Under the pieces are notes generated by a model that was not told the DNA's origin, searched no databases, and was given only the letters and a program-made list of their open reading frames with translations. Below, piece after piece: positions 23,721 to 35,685 of a stretch of 64,000 nucleotides of DNA; position 1 is the stretch's first letter; each line of letters opens with the position of its first letter. Made by a program: the position numbers and the translations under genes. This stretch comes from an uncultured Luminiphilus sp. GTDB lineage: Bacteria; Pseudomonadota; Gammaproteobacteria; Pseudomonadales; Halieaceae. Where the stretch lies: assembly GCA_943787485.1 (NCBI GenBank), contig CALSMP010000002.1:5459-69458 (forward strand). The letters run 5' to 3'.

Positions 23721-24776
23721 TCACACGTTGGCCGCAAGCACCGCTACCAAGGCCTCACATTGCTCTCGCGTACCCACCGTTATGCGCAAATGGTTCTCAA
23801 TCCGCGAGTGGTCCCAGCGCCTCACCAAGATATTGTTCGACCTGAGATGCTCAAAAAGTAACTTGCCCTTAACGTCCTGGTGCGCAGCAAAAACGAAATT
23901 AGCCTCGCTCGGGCAAACCTCAAACCCAAGACCCACCAGTGCGCCAGCCAAATAGGCCCGATTAGCAATAATGGTGGCGCTCGCTTCCTCAAACCAACGA
24001 ACATCTTTTAAGGCCGCCGCTGCGCCTGTTTGAGCAAGCAAATCGAGCGGATAACTATTAAAGGAATCTTTCACTCGGCGCAGTGCCTCTATCAGATCCT
24101 TAGAGCCAAGCGCGTACCCGACACGCAGACCGGCGAGCGCGTGAGACTTCGACAAGCTGCGGGTAATCAATAAATTCGGAAACGATCCCAGCAATGCGCT
24201 CGCTGACTGCGCCCCAAAACCAAAATACGCCTCGTCGACTACGACGAGGCGATTTAAGTCACTACTCAAAACTTTATCAAGCTGATCAAGCGTTAGCGCT
24301 ATGCCGGTAGGTGCGTTGGGATTGGCGAGCAAAATAGCCCCGGAGCATTGGCAAAGCCCCTCGACATCGATTGAAAAATCCTCTCTCAATGGCAGGGTTT
24401 GGTGCGCCAACCCAAACAGGTTTGCCCAAACGGGATAAAAACTGTAGGTAATATCCGGCGTGACAAATGACGTCGAAGCAGCCAGCAAGCCCTGAAAAAC
24501 GTGCGCCAACACCTCATCAGAACCGTTTCCCGTGAACACCTGATCGGGCTGCAGTCCCTCCTGCTCCGCAATTGCATTACCAAGACTTGTTGCATTTGGA
24601 TCTGGATACCGACGAAGCGACTCATTCAGAACCGCTGCCATCGCCTGCAGTGCCCGCGGCGACGGGGGTAACGCGTGTTCATTGGTATTTAACTTGATGA
24701 GGTTGGCCACGCGCGGCTGCTCGCCGGGGACATAGGGCTCCAGTCGCCTCGCCACCGCACTCCAAAATTGTGTCAT
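23721..24776 (-). CDS. hisC: Histidinol-phosphate aminotransferase
   Basis: PYVPGEQP, KLNTNE, NGSDE, NPNAPTG, DEAY and RSLSKSHALAGLRVG motifs. Start moved to ATG 24776. Confidence 0.92.
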   Translation of the reverse strand: MTQFWSAVARRLEPYVPGEQPRVANLIKLNTNEHALPPSPRALQAMAAVLNESLRRYPDPNATSLGNAIAEQEGLQPDQVFTGNGSDEVLAHVFQGLLAASTSFVTPDITYSFYPVWANLFGLAHQTLPLREDFSIDVEGLCQCSGAILLANPNAPTGIALTLDQLDKVLSSDLNRLVVVDEAYFGFGAQSASALLGSFPNLLITRSLSKSHALAGLRVGYALGSKDLIEALRRVKDSFNSYPLDLLAQTGAAAALKDVRWFEEASATIIANRAYLAGALVGLGFEVCPSEANFVFAAHQDVKGKLLFEHLRSNNILVRRWDHSRIENHLRITVGTREQCEALVAVLAANV

Positions 24777-24833
24777 ATCGCCGTCACCCTGTTTAAAGGC
24801 GTTCAATTGTAGCCCCATTATGGATTGAACGAA

Positions 24834-25535
24834 TCAGTCAAGGAGGTTTTCTAGCCGTTCGTTCCCTAGATGGCGGATATCGACCCCGCGGGTCAGGTAA
24901 ACCACTTGCTCTGCAATATTGGTGGCGTGATCCCCAATTCGCTCAAGGCTCCTAAGGGCCCACATGTGGTCAAGCAGTTTTTCAACTTGCTCGGGACGTT
25001 GTTGCATCGCCGAGGTGAGCTTGAACAAGCCGTTACGATAATCCTCATCAATTTCTTTATCGCTAAGGACTACTCTCACCGCAGCGCTCACGCTCATCCG
25101 CGCAAAGGCATCCAGGGCCTCTCGCAACATGCTGCTCACGTGGCGAGCCACCTTCGCCGTATGTAGGTAAATAGGGTCGGCGCCCCCTGCAGACGCTAGC
25201 TTAATGACCAGTCTGGCCACTCGCGAAGCTTCATCACCTATCCTTTCAAGATCTGTGGTCAACTTGATGATGGAGATGATCAGACGAAGATCGCCTGCCG
25301 CCGGCTGCCGCCGAGCCAAAATCAGCGCGCACTGCTCGTCAATCTCGACCTCCATACGGTTGATGTCTCGGTCAATCGCAATGGCTTCCTCCGCAGGGCC
25401 GCTGTCTCGCGATTCGAGACCCTCCGAGGCCAGCATGATCTGACGCTCAACCTTGCCGCCCATTTCCATGACGGCGCTGCGAATGCCATCTAGCTCGGCG
25501 GCGAACTGCGCGGAAATGTGCTGCCTACCTTGCAT
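24834..25535 (-). CDS. phoU: Phosphate signalling protein PhoU
   Basis: RQPAAGDLR, DLERIGD and LERIGDHATNIAE motifs. Confidence 0.96.
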   Translation of the reverse strand: MQGRQHISAQFAAELDGIRSAVMEMGGKVERQIMLASEGLESRDSGPAEEAIAIDRDINRMEVEIDEQCALILARRQPAAGDLRLIISIIKLTTDLERIGDEASRVARLVIKLASAGGADPIYLHTAKVARHVSSMLREALDAFARMSVSAAVRVVLSDKEIDEDYRNGLFKLTSAMQQRPEQVEKLLDHMWALRSLERIGDHATNIAEQVVYLTRGVDIRHLGNERLENLLD

Positions 25536-25554
25536 TACCTAGCCTCCCTGGGAG

Positions 25555-26385
25555 TTACCCGACCCTGCCGGTTATGTAATCTTCGGTGGCGCGTTCTGAC
25601 GGGTTGGTAAAAATGCGATCCGTCGCATCAAACTCGATCAACCGCCCACCGCTCATGAAGGCAGTGTAGTCCGAAACCCTCCCGGCCTGCTGCATATTAT
25701 GGGTCACTATGACAATCGTATAGTCGCTTTTGAGCTCGTAGATGAGCTCTTCTATTTTCAACGTTGAGATAGGATCGAGCGACGACGCCGGCTCATCGAG
25801 CAAAAGCACCTCAGGCTCTACCGCGATTGCTCTGGCGATAACAAGGCGCTGTTGTTGGCCGAGTGACAGATTGCCTGCCATGGCATCTAGGCGATCCTTA
25901 ACCTCGTCCCATAATGCGGCAGAGCGAAGGGCATTCTCTACAATCTCATCGAGCTGCCGCTGACTCCGAATTCCCGCTAGCCGAGGGCCGTAGGCGACAT
26001 TATCAAACACGCTCTTGGGAAAGGGATTGGGCCGCTGAAACACCATACCCACCTTCCTGCGCAATGAAGTCACATCGATCCCGTCGCTCAAAATATTGGC
26101 ACCGTCAAGGAATATTGATCCGCTGTACCGACAACCATCGATGGTGTCGTTCATGCGATTGAAACACCGTAGCAGAGTGGACTTGCCACAGCCGCTTGGA
26201 CCAATCACCGCAGTTACGCATCCGCTGGGAATTTCCAGAGAAATATTCTGAAGAGCATTCGGCTCCGCCGGGTAGCTCAAAGAAACGTCTTCTACTTGTA
26301 AAGATGGGGCTTGCCGCCGCTTCGTCTTAGAGGCCTTTGACGCCTCAATGAAGGCATTAAAGGTCTCCATATCAGGGTGATTCAA
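25555..26385 (-). CDS. pstB: Phosphate ABC transporter ATPase
   Basis: [29 protein letters not shown] and YITGR.G motifs. Confidence 0.96.
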   Translation of the reverse strand: MNHPDMETFNAFIEASKASKTKRRQAPSLQVEDVSLSYPAEPNALQNISLEIPSGCVTAVIGPSGCGKSTLLRCFNRMNDTIDGCRYSGSIFLDGANILSDGIDVTSLRRKVGMVFQRPNPFPKSVFDNVAYGPRLAGIRSQRQLDEIVENALRSAALWDEVKDRLDAMAGNLSLGQQQRLVIARAIAVEPEVLLLDEPASSLDPISTLKIEELIYELKSDYTIVIVTHNMQQAGRVSDYTAFMSGGRLIEFDATDRIFTNPSERATEDYITGRVG

Positions 26386-27398
26386 AGCAACCCCTCCTGA
26401 GCATACTGATACCTAAAACGACCCCGCAGCACCGCCGCAAAGGTTGTTAGCGACATGGTAACCAAGACCAAGCTGAGCGCAACGACGGCGATCAAGGCTA
26501 CTCGGCCGTTTCCGGCTGGTGCGTGCAGCGTCAGGTCGTATACCAAATAACCGAGATGCATAAATTTCTGCTCGAGATGAATAAACGGTGCCTCGATGGA
26601 TACGGGCAATGAGGGCGCATACTTAACCACTCCCACAAGCATCAGGGGGGCCACTTCGCCGGTTGCTCTCGCCACTGCCAGAATCACCCCGGTAACAACC
26701 GACGTCATTGTTGCCGGAAGGAGAACCCCGACGACAGTTTCAAAGCGCGTCGCACCCAATGCGAAACTCCCCTCACGCAGAGACGCCGGCAGCCTCAGCA
26801 ACCCCTCTTCTATAGATACTATCACCGTCGGCAAAGTCAAAAGGGCAAGGGTGATTGCCGCCCACAAGATACCGGGGGTGCCAAAAGTCGCCCTGGGCAA
26901 GGAATCCGAAAAAAACAACTCGTCAATCCCACCTCCGACCCAATAGACAAAAAACCCCAGTCCAAATACTCCGTAAATGATGGAGGGCACGCCGGCCAGG
27001 TTATGAATCGCTATTCTGACTAAATCAGTGTACCAATGCTGCCTTGCATAAACGTGTAAATAGACGGCAACTAAAATTCCCAATGGGGCGACCAATAACG
27101 TCATCAAAAGGGTAACCGTTATAGTGCCCACGATGGCGGAGAAGAGCGCTTCAGCTGTATAGGGCGGCTCTCCTTGTGACAAAACTGCCAAAGCACCCGG
27201 AAAATGGCCGGCCGCGGCCCCAAATGCATCTCCCGCAAACGCCAACCAGCACAAAAGACCCAACATTCCAATCAGCAGGACAATCGCCGACACCGCCATG
27301 CCACTGGTAAGCCAAAGCATCACCCCCGCGCGACGTAGTGCCCACGCAGCGAAAACCGAACCTTCGCCATGAAAATCACTGAGTGGACCGCTGGTCAT
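26382..27398 (-). CDS. pstA: Phosphate ABC transporter permease PstA
   Basis: [18 protein letters not shown] and [10 protein letters not shown] motifs. Confidence 0.92.
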   Translation of the reverse strand: MTSGPLSDFHGEGSVFAAWALRRAGVMLWLTSGMAVSAIVLLIGMLGLLCWLAFAGDAFGAAAGHFPGALAVLSQGEPPYTAEALFSAIVGTITVTLLMTLLVAPLGILVAVYLHVYARQHWYTDLVRIAIHNLAGVPSIIYGVFGLGFFVYWVGGGIDELFFSDSLPRATFGTPGILWAAITLALLTLPTVIVSIEEGLLRLPASLREGSFALGATRFETVVGVLLPATMTSVVTGVILAVARATGEVAPLMLVGVVKYAPSLPVSIEAPFIHLEQKFMHLGYLVYDLTLHAPAGNGRVALIAVVALSLVLVTMSLTTFAAVLRGRFRYQYAQEGLL

Positions 27399-29065
27399 GC
27401 CACCACACCGTAGCGGCGACGCCAGCGACGCTTCAGTAGCTGCGCACAGGTATTAATAAGGAAGGTCAGCGCAAACAAGGCGAGTGCACTGAAAAACAAC
27501 ACCCGATAATGGGTACTATCGACGCCGGCCTCCGGTAGCTCGATAGCCAAAGTGGCCGCGACCGAGCGCATACCCTCTAAGGGGTTACTTGATTGAATCG
27601 GCGTATTTCCCGATAACAACAATAAGATCATGGTCTCACCGATTGCCCTGCTCAGTCCGAGCATGATTGCAGCGACAATCCCGGGTGCGGCGACAGGCAG
27701 CACGCCATCGATAAAGCTTTGCCAAGGAGAGGCGCCCAGCGCCAGGCTTCCAGTTGCAGCGCCCTTTGGGGTAGAAAATATCGCTTCCTCGGCCAGCGAG
27801 AAGATCGTGGGAAACACGGCTATTCCCAGTGCAATACCGACAAGCACGCCATTGAAATAGCTGACAGAGAGGCCGTAGTACCGCTCAAACCAAAGGACGA
27901 CGGAGTCCTCAAAAAACAGGCCCTCTACGCTTTCACCCAGCTTAGCGCCCGTATAAATTGCGATAACCAGAACCAGCACCACCACCATGGGCAAACGCTT
28001 GGAGAAGTAACTGCCAGGCTGTGTTTGAAAATACTGATTTAAAAACAATCCTGACAGCGCAACGATGATCGGGACGGTCAACACAATCCCGATACATTCA
28101 GCAAGGGCGTGGTGAAGCCTGGGGGCAAGCCAAAGCATGGCGATGCCTGCGATGACAACCCCGGGAAATGCCGCAATCATTTCGATCATTGGTTTGATGG
28201 CCTCGCGAAACACAGGGGGCATGTAGTAACCGACATAGATGGCCGCACCCATTGCCACGGGTAAGGCCAACATGAGGGAAAACAGGGCCGCGCTCATCGT
28301 TCCCCAAAGAAGTGGCACCAGCGAATACTTTGATTCGGCACCGTCCACCACTCTAGGCTGCCACGTCAGCGTTGGCTGGGGATATCCCTCGTATTGTCTG
28401 AACGAGAATAGATCAGCTAATGGAAGCGTATTGGTTAATGCCTTCACTGAACGAACAAGACGTTGCTCTTCATGGGAATACAAAGCGAAGGTACTTTCGT
28501 CTAGCCAATCAACCCGATTAATGTCGCTGACCTCAAACTCTTCCGTAAAGGTGGTTCTGGCCTGACTTCGACCCAATCGATACACGTGGATGACACCCGC
28601 CCGGTCTAAGACGACAAAGTGCCGGGAAAGGCTGATATTACTCATCGCCTGTATACCGGCGGGAATAAAATAGCGGGTGAGAACGGATGGGACCAAGCCG
28701 TCATTTTCTGCCTTTAGATGAACTTGTTCTATGGTGGTGTCGCGGGCGTCCAACCATGACCCCCTCTTTGGCTCGGGGACCGCTGCGGGGTCAATCTTCG
28801 AAAGCGCCAGGCGATGGTCGTCAATGAGCCCAGGCAGACTACCCGCATCATTGGCACCGGAATCCTGCGTGACCTTGAGTTCCGCTGCTGGACCGGCACG
28901 AGTGGCTGGCAAGACATCGACACTGCTAGAGGGGGACTCAAACAACGGTAAGGCCGTGAACGCGATTTGAGCAAACACGCCGAGAATCACCAGCAAAATC
29001 ATTACGCTGGCTACTCTTATCATCCCGGCAGATATAACATCAATGATCAGACGTTTGTTAGCCAC
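27395..29065 (-). CDS. pstC: Phosphate ABC transporter permease PstC with N-terminal extra domain
   Basis: KYSLVPLLWGT, IKPMIE, SRAIGETMI and ELPEA....HYRVLF motifs; operon context. Confidence 0.88.
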   Translation of the reverse strand: MANKRLIIDVISAGMIRVASVMILLVILGVFAQIAFTALPLFESPSSSVDVLPATRAGPAAELKVTQDSGANDAGSLPGLIDDHRLALSKIDPAAVPEPKRGSWLDARDTTIEQVHLKAENDGLVPSVLTRYFIPAGIQAMSNISLSRHFVVLDRAGVIHVYRLGRSQARTTFTEEFEVSDINRVDWLDESTFALYSHEEQRLVRSVKALTNTLPLADLFSFRQYEGYPQPTLTWQPRVVDGAESKYSLVPLLWGTMSAALFSLMLALPVAMGAAIYVGYYMPPVFREAIKPMIEMIAAFPGVVIAGIAMLWLAPRLHHALAECIGIVLTVPIIVALSGLFLNQYFQTQPGSYFSKRLPMVVVLVLVIAIYTGAKLGESVEGLFFEDSVVLWFERYYGLSVSYFNGVLVGIALGIAVFPTIFSLAEEAIFSTPKGAATGSLALGASPWQSFIDGVLPVAAPGIVAAIMLGLSRAIGETMILLLLSGNTPIQSSNPLEGMRSVAATLAIELPEAGVDSTHYRVLFFSALALFALTFLINTCAQLLKRRWRRRYGVVA

Positions 29066-30005
29066 AGGACACCTTCAGACCCTCAGACAGCGAATCGTCA
29101 CCGCGCAAAAAGCCGCTTTTAGTGAGAATGTCCTGGGCTTGTCCTGAGGCAACAAACTTGAGAAATACACATTCCGATACTGAAGGCTGTTCCCCGGGTG
29201 GCAAGGTCAAATATAAATAGAGATCTCGAGTCAGAGGTGACAAATCTCGGCGGGCCGATTCTCCCGACATACCGGTTGCCACATCTTTTTTGGACTCATG
29301 GACTGCCAAAACCTTAACCGATGACTCGATAAAACTACTGCCGACGTAGCCAATCGCGTTTGGATCAGCTTCCACTGTACGGATAATGGCAGCAAAACCC
29401 GGCAACTCAACCACTCGACTGTGAAAATCCCCCCCGCACAACACGTTGCCCTTAAAAAAACCATAGCTTCCACTCACTGCAGTACGACCGAGGGGGTTGA
29501 TGCGGCCCAGAATAAGAGGCGCCCCGCTTTCCGCGATACCGTGTTCAACACCCAGCTCTCGCCAAGTTGTCACGGCCGATCGGCCTGAGCACAACCGCCC
29601 GATTGAAAAAATGCGATCAAGATCTTCCAGCGAAATCGAGTCAGTGGGATTTTGATGATTAGCGATAACAGCCAGCGAGTCTCGTGCAACGATAAAACCC
29701 TGAGGCAAGAATCCCCGCCTTCGCAGGAAATCCATTAGCTCAGTTTCACTGAAGGGCCGACTCATTACGCCGAAATTGGCCACCTGCTCCGTTAACGCAG
29801 GTGGTGCCGCGGCAGATCCGGAAACCTGAATCTCGATCGTGATATCTGGTCGAACGGTTCGAAAGGCATCGGCCCAGGCTGTGACCAACCGTGACATGGT
29901 ATCGCTTCCAACAATACTCAGCGTGGCTGCACCCTGTGCACTCATTGATACCAATAGACATATGGCCATCACAATAGCCAGTAGCCGCACCGATCGCCCC
30001 TTCAC
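29058..30005 (-). CDS. pstS: Phosphate ABC transporter substrate-binding protein
   Basis: SIVGSDTM, GSAAAPPAL, MSR and GR..VSGSYGFFK motifs; signal peptide. Start moved to GTG 30005 to avoid overlapping phoR. Confidence 0.85.
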   Translation of the reverse strand: MKGRSVRLLAIVMAICLLVSMSAQGAATLSIVGSDTMSRLVTAWADAFRTVRPDITIEIQVSGSAAAPPALTEQVANFGVMSRPFSETELMDFLRRRGFLPQGFIVARDSLAVIANHQNPTDSISLEDLDRIFSIGRLCSGRSAVTTWRELGVEHGIAESGAPLILGRINPLGRTAVSGSYGFFKGNVLCGGDFHSRVVELPGFAAIIRTVEADPNAIGYVGSSFIESSVKVLAVHESKKDVATGMSGESARRDLSPLTRDLYLYLTLPPGEQPSVSECVFLKFVASGQAQDILTKSGFLRGDDSLSEGLKVSCG

Positions 30006-30015
30006 ATTTGACTCT

Positions 30016-31302
30016 TCACGGTCGACCCTTCCGAGCCGAATAAAAGCGGACCCCAAATCGACTACCGCGACCAAGCTCAGACTCAATCACAAGCTCAGCC
30101 TGATGTGCCGCTGCTACGTGTTTAACGATCGCAAGCCCCAATCCGGTGCCACCACTATTCTGGCTTCTACTTTTATCCACGCGATAAAATCGCTCGGTTA
30201 GTCTCGGGATATGCTTGGCCGCAATCCCTGAACCCTGATCGACGACCGAAAACTCGGATACATCCGCCCCGGCGTGCCAAACCACCGCCACCTCTTTATC
30301 GCTGTATTTCAACGCGTTAACGATAAGATTGCTGAATGCGCTTCTCAGCTCCGGCTCATCACCGATAATCGTGGTGTCACCTTCGATCTTAAGAGCAACC
30401 GTTCTCTCGGGATAGGCTGCTCGAAGTTCGCCCACCATCTCTGACAAAACGCTTCCAATATTCACTCTCTCGGTTTTACGGTGGGATTCAAAGGTTTCAA
30501 TCTTTGACAGCCACAATAGATCCCTTAATAGATTCTCCATCCGAGCCGCCTGCTGCTGCATCTGCTCGAGAGGCTTGCTGTATTGCCTCGCAGAAAAAAC
30601 CTCCAAGTCGGTTAAGGTATCGATATAACCCTTCAACACGGTCAATGGCGTTCGCAGTTCATGGGACACGTCTCCAACAAAATCTCGTCGCATTTGTTCG
30701 AGCCGCACCGTATCGGTGATATCACGGACAAAGACCAGGCGATCTCCCGCGCCAAATCGGGTTATTTCAAACTGGAGAGATCGCTCATCCTCCGAAACAT
30801 TCGTGACCCTGAGCGGATGAGTAAAATCTTCAGACTCATAGTAGCTCTGGAATTCCGGCATCCGAACCAAATTAAGCAGGGACTGGCCTCGATCCTCCGG
30901 AAAGCGTATTCCCAGAAGGTAATCTGCAGAGGCATTGGCCCAGGCAATACCGCCTCGGTTATTGACGATAATGCCGCCGTCCCTCATTGAGGCAAGGGAA
31001 TCCTGAAGGTAGTCCAAAGCCGACTCCAGCCTCGATTGGGCCTCGCGGTTTTGGCGCTGCAGGCGGAAAATACTGTCCAGCAAGTGACCCCACACACCTC
31101 TCCCAGTGGGAGGATCCTCCAACGGCCGGTCCAGCCATCGCTGCACCATTCGCAGATGCCAACTCCAATAGAGCAAAATGCCGACATTAGCCAAGGCAAA
31201 CCCAAGTACCGCCTGCTGGAATAAGCCCCCTAACAGGGTACAAATAGCGACCACGGCAAAGCCGCCCAGTAATTCGCCCCGCCATGAACCTTGCCTTGCC
31301 AC
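30016..31302 (-). CDS. phoR: Phosphate regulon sensor kinase
   Basis: RRDFVGDVSHELRTPLTV H-box and HIPRLTERFYRVDKSRS...GGTGLGLAIVKH. Confidence 0.95.
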   Translation of the reverse strand: MARQGSWRGELLGGFAVVAICTLLGGLFQQAVLGFALANVGILLYWSWHLRMVQRWLDRPLEDPPTGRGVWGHLLDSIFRLQRQNREAQSRLESALDYLQDSLASMRDGGIIVNNRGGIAWANASADYLLGIRFPEDRGQSLLNLVRMPEFQSYYESEDFTHPLRVTNVSEDERSLQFEITRFGAGDRLVFVRDITDTVRLEQMRRDFVGDVSHELRTPLTVLKGYIDTLTDLEVFSARQYSKPLEQMQQQAARMENLLRDLLWLSKIETFESHRKTERVNIGSVLSEMVGELRAAYPERTVALKIEGDTTIIGDEPELRSAFSNLIVNALKYSDKEVAVVWHAGADVSEFSVVDQGSGIAAKHIPRLTERFYRVDKSRSQNSGGTGLGLAIVKHVAAAHQAELVIESELGRGSRFGVRFYSARKGRP

Positions 31303-31304
31303 CC

Positions 31305-32009
31305 CTACCCCTTGTGGTGTGATGAAAATCGGTAGCCGATACCTCGGACCGTCTCGATTAAAGAACTGTAGTCACCGTGCGGAGTATTCAAGGCCTTTCT
31401 AAGTCGCCGAATATGCACGTCAACGGTTCGTTCCTCGACATAGACATTGGCACCCCAGACCTGATCAAGGACTTGCGACCTCGAATACGCTCGCTCCGGA
31501 TTCGACATGAAAAAATGGAGCAGCTTGAATTCAGTGGGACCAGTCTCAAGCGGCAGACCAGCAACTAACACCCGGTGACTACGCTTATCGAGAACGAGAT
31601 TGCCTACAGTCAGCTGATCCTGGCCGCTGCCCGGCTGGGAACGGCGAAGCAAAGCACGAATTCGCGCAACAAGCTCTTTAGGGGCGAAGGGTTTTGTGAC
31701 GTAATCATCCGCCCCAAGTTCCAACCCTTGAATAATGTTATCCCGCTGGGTCTTGGCTGTGAGCATAATGACTGGTAAAAATTGCGTCGCCTCCTCGCGC
31801 CGCAATCGGCGAAGCAACTCCGTGCCATTGCCCTCTGGCAACATCCAGTCGAGTACGACCACGTCGGGTCGTTCATCGACAATAAGACGGTAGGCCTGAG
31901 TAATGTCCCCACATTCAATGCAGGCGAAGTCATGGAGCTCTAACGCCATCCTGAGCATATCTCTGATTGACTCTTCATCATCAACAATCAGTACTTTCTG
32001 ATCAGCCAT
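31305..32009 (-). CDS. phoB: Phosphate regulon response regulator
   Basis: LDWMLP, GPTEFKLLHFFM and VWGANVYVEERTVDVHIRRLRKAL motifs. Confidence 0.97.
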   Translation of the reverse strand: MADQKVLIVDDEESIRDMLRMALELHDFACIECGDITQAYRLIVDERPDVVVLDWMLPEGNGTELLRRLRREEATQFLPVIMLTAKTQRDNIIQGLELGADDYVTKPFAPKELVARIRALLRRSQPGSGQDQLTVGNLVLDKRSHRVLVAGLPLETGPTEFKLLHFFMSNPERAYSRSQVLDQVWGANVYVEERTVDVHIRRLRKALNTPHGDYSSLIETVRGIGYRFSSHHKG

Positions 32010-32030
32010 GGGCGCTACCTCGGTGGCACT

Positions 32031-32070
32031 GTGTCAATTTTATGCCAACTTTGTGATGGTTATGTGACAG
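32031..32070 (-). promoter_or_regulatory. Pho box array (four 11-bp repeats) upstream of phoB
   Basis: Minus strand CTGTCAC-ATAA-CCATCAC-AAAG-TTGGCAT-AAAA-TTGACAC. Confidence 0.8.
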
Positions 32071-32074
32071 CGAT

Positions 32075-32685
32075 TTACCACAGCTTCCACCATTTTTCCT
32101 GATCCAGCTCCTGTACACAGCCTTTGAGCTGACTGTTGTAGGTATTCGCCTGGCGGTCGACCTTGCGAGCCACATCTACCAACCAGCCTTTACTTTGATA
32201 CGACTTCGCCGCGTAGCCCCCATGCCCTTCGTGATAGGCCAGATAGAGTCGAAACGTGTCGTCTTTGGCAATCCCATTCTGTTTGTTACTCATGTTGCCG
32301 TACCATCCGACGAAATCGATGGCGTCACCAAAATCATCGCGATCGGCACCGTAATTACCTGAACTACGCTGGTACCAGGTCCAGGTGTCATCCTTGGCCT
32401 GGGAGTAGCCGTAGGCGTCAGACGGTCGTGGACCGGGGATAAACCCAAAAATCTTTTTTCTCGGCGGCTTTGCGGTCGCCACGAAGCGTGATTCCTGATG
32501 CATGATGGCCATCATGACCGAGATTGGCACACCCCACTGCGAGCGCGATTTTCGGGCGTCTTCATACCAGCCCGACTTTTCACGAAAAATGTCACAGAGA
32601 TTGTCTGTTTGGCTCGGCGGCGATGTCGCGCAACCTACAAGCACAAGGGTCAAGACCAGGATAATGGGTACCTGTGTACGCAACA

Positions 32686-32686
<1 letters not shown>
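32075..32686 (-). CDS. Lipoprotein with lytic transglycosylase (SLT)-like domain
   Basis: Lipobox LVGC, MAIMHQESRF, AYGYSQA and LYLAYHEG motifs. Confidence 0.8.
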
Positions 32687-34707
<2,021 letters not shown>

Positions 34708-35670
34708 TCAGGACCTGTCCAAAAGAGCGAGGCGTCGCTCCAGCTCACGAATCTGTTGTCGCATATGGTCAAGGCTCTGACGAGTAATTGCACTGCGGGT
34801 ATCATCAAGCACATCACCGTTAAGGTTTTTTGCCACTGCCTTAGCGGTTTCGTACATATAGTCAAAAGCCTTCAGCATATCTTCTGGCCCCGGCAAGGTG
34901 ACGAAAAACATCAGTCCACGGGTTCGCATCTCGGCCATGTTATCGATATCAAAGACACCAGGATTGATCATATTGCAGACACTAAACTGTATGGGCCCTT
35001 TCCCGGCTGACTGCTCGTGTCGGTGAAAGAAATCCATATCGCCAAATCGTAGATCGCAGGCCAGCAGTATCTGCAGAATGTCGGTCCCTGAAAAACCCTG
35101 CTCATCTCGCGCTATTACATTTAGTACAAAGACATGGGGATCGGTAGCACGCGGGAGCCGCTCCTCCAGCTCCGGCTCGGGCTCGGGCACCTCAAGCTCC
35201 TCAAGCCAATCAAGAGTGGCAATCTCCGCGGGGGCCGTGCTTGGCGCTTTAGGCACGTCATTGGATGAAATGTTGTCAGGCTGCCGCAAGTCTTCCGGGT
35301 CGGCTTCGACGGCATCCGTAGCCGAAAAAGAAGGCAAATTATCGTCGTCTAGCCCCATCGTTTCACGGCTGGCCTCGTCCTTCTCGGGCGCCGAATTTGA
35401 CGAGGCCGCAACCGCGGCAGCTTCGCGCTCGGCAGCGGCTGGCGCGACGAGATCGTCGCGGCTTATGATGCGGGCGCCGCCATTAGGCAGCTCTTTCAAG
35501 AGATTAAACTCTTCGGCATCAGGCAGCGGTACGTCAGTGCGCGAGATCTTCGCATTTAACCGAATTTCATTACGCCGCTGACCATACGTGCGGCGAAGCG
35601 CATCGAGGACAACCACAGCGATCATCACCGCCCCAATAACTAGCATGCCATCGCGAATGCTTAAATCCAT
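34708..35670 (-). CDS. zipA: Cell division protein ZipA
   Basis: N-terminal TM, acidic Pro-rich linker, C-terminal FGDMDFFHRH...FSVCNMINPG; lies between smc and ligA. Confidence 0.92.
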   Translation of the reverse strand: MDLSIRDGMLVIGAVMIAVVVLDALRRTYGQRRNEIRLNAKISRTDVPLPDAEEFNLLKELPNGGARIISRDDLVAPAAAEREAAAVAASSNSAPEKDEASRETMGLDDDNLPSFSATDAVEADPEDLRQPDNISSNDVPKAPSTAPAEIATLDWLEELEVPEPEPELEERLPRATDPHVFVLNVIARDEQGFSGTDILQILLACDLRFGDMDFFHRHEQSAGKGPIQFSVCNMINPGVFDIDNMAEMRTRGLMFFVTLPGPEDMLKAFDYMYETAKAVAKNLNGDVLDDTRSAITRQSLDHMRQQIRELERRLALLDRS

Positions 35671-35685
35671 CGTGCGTAATGCCCC

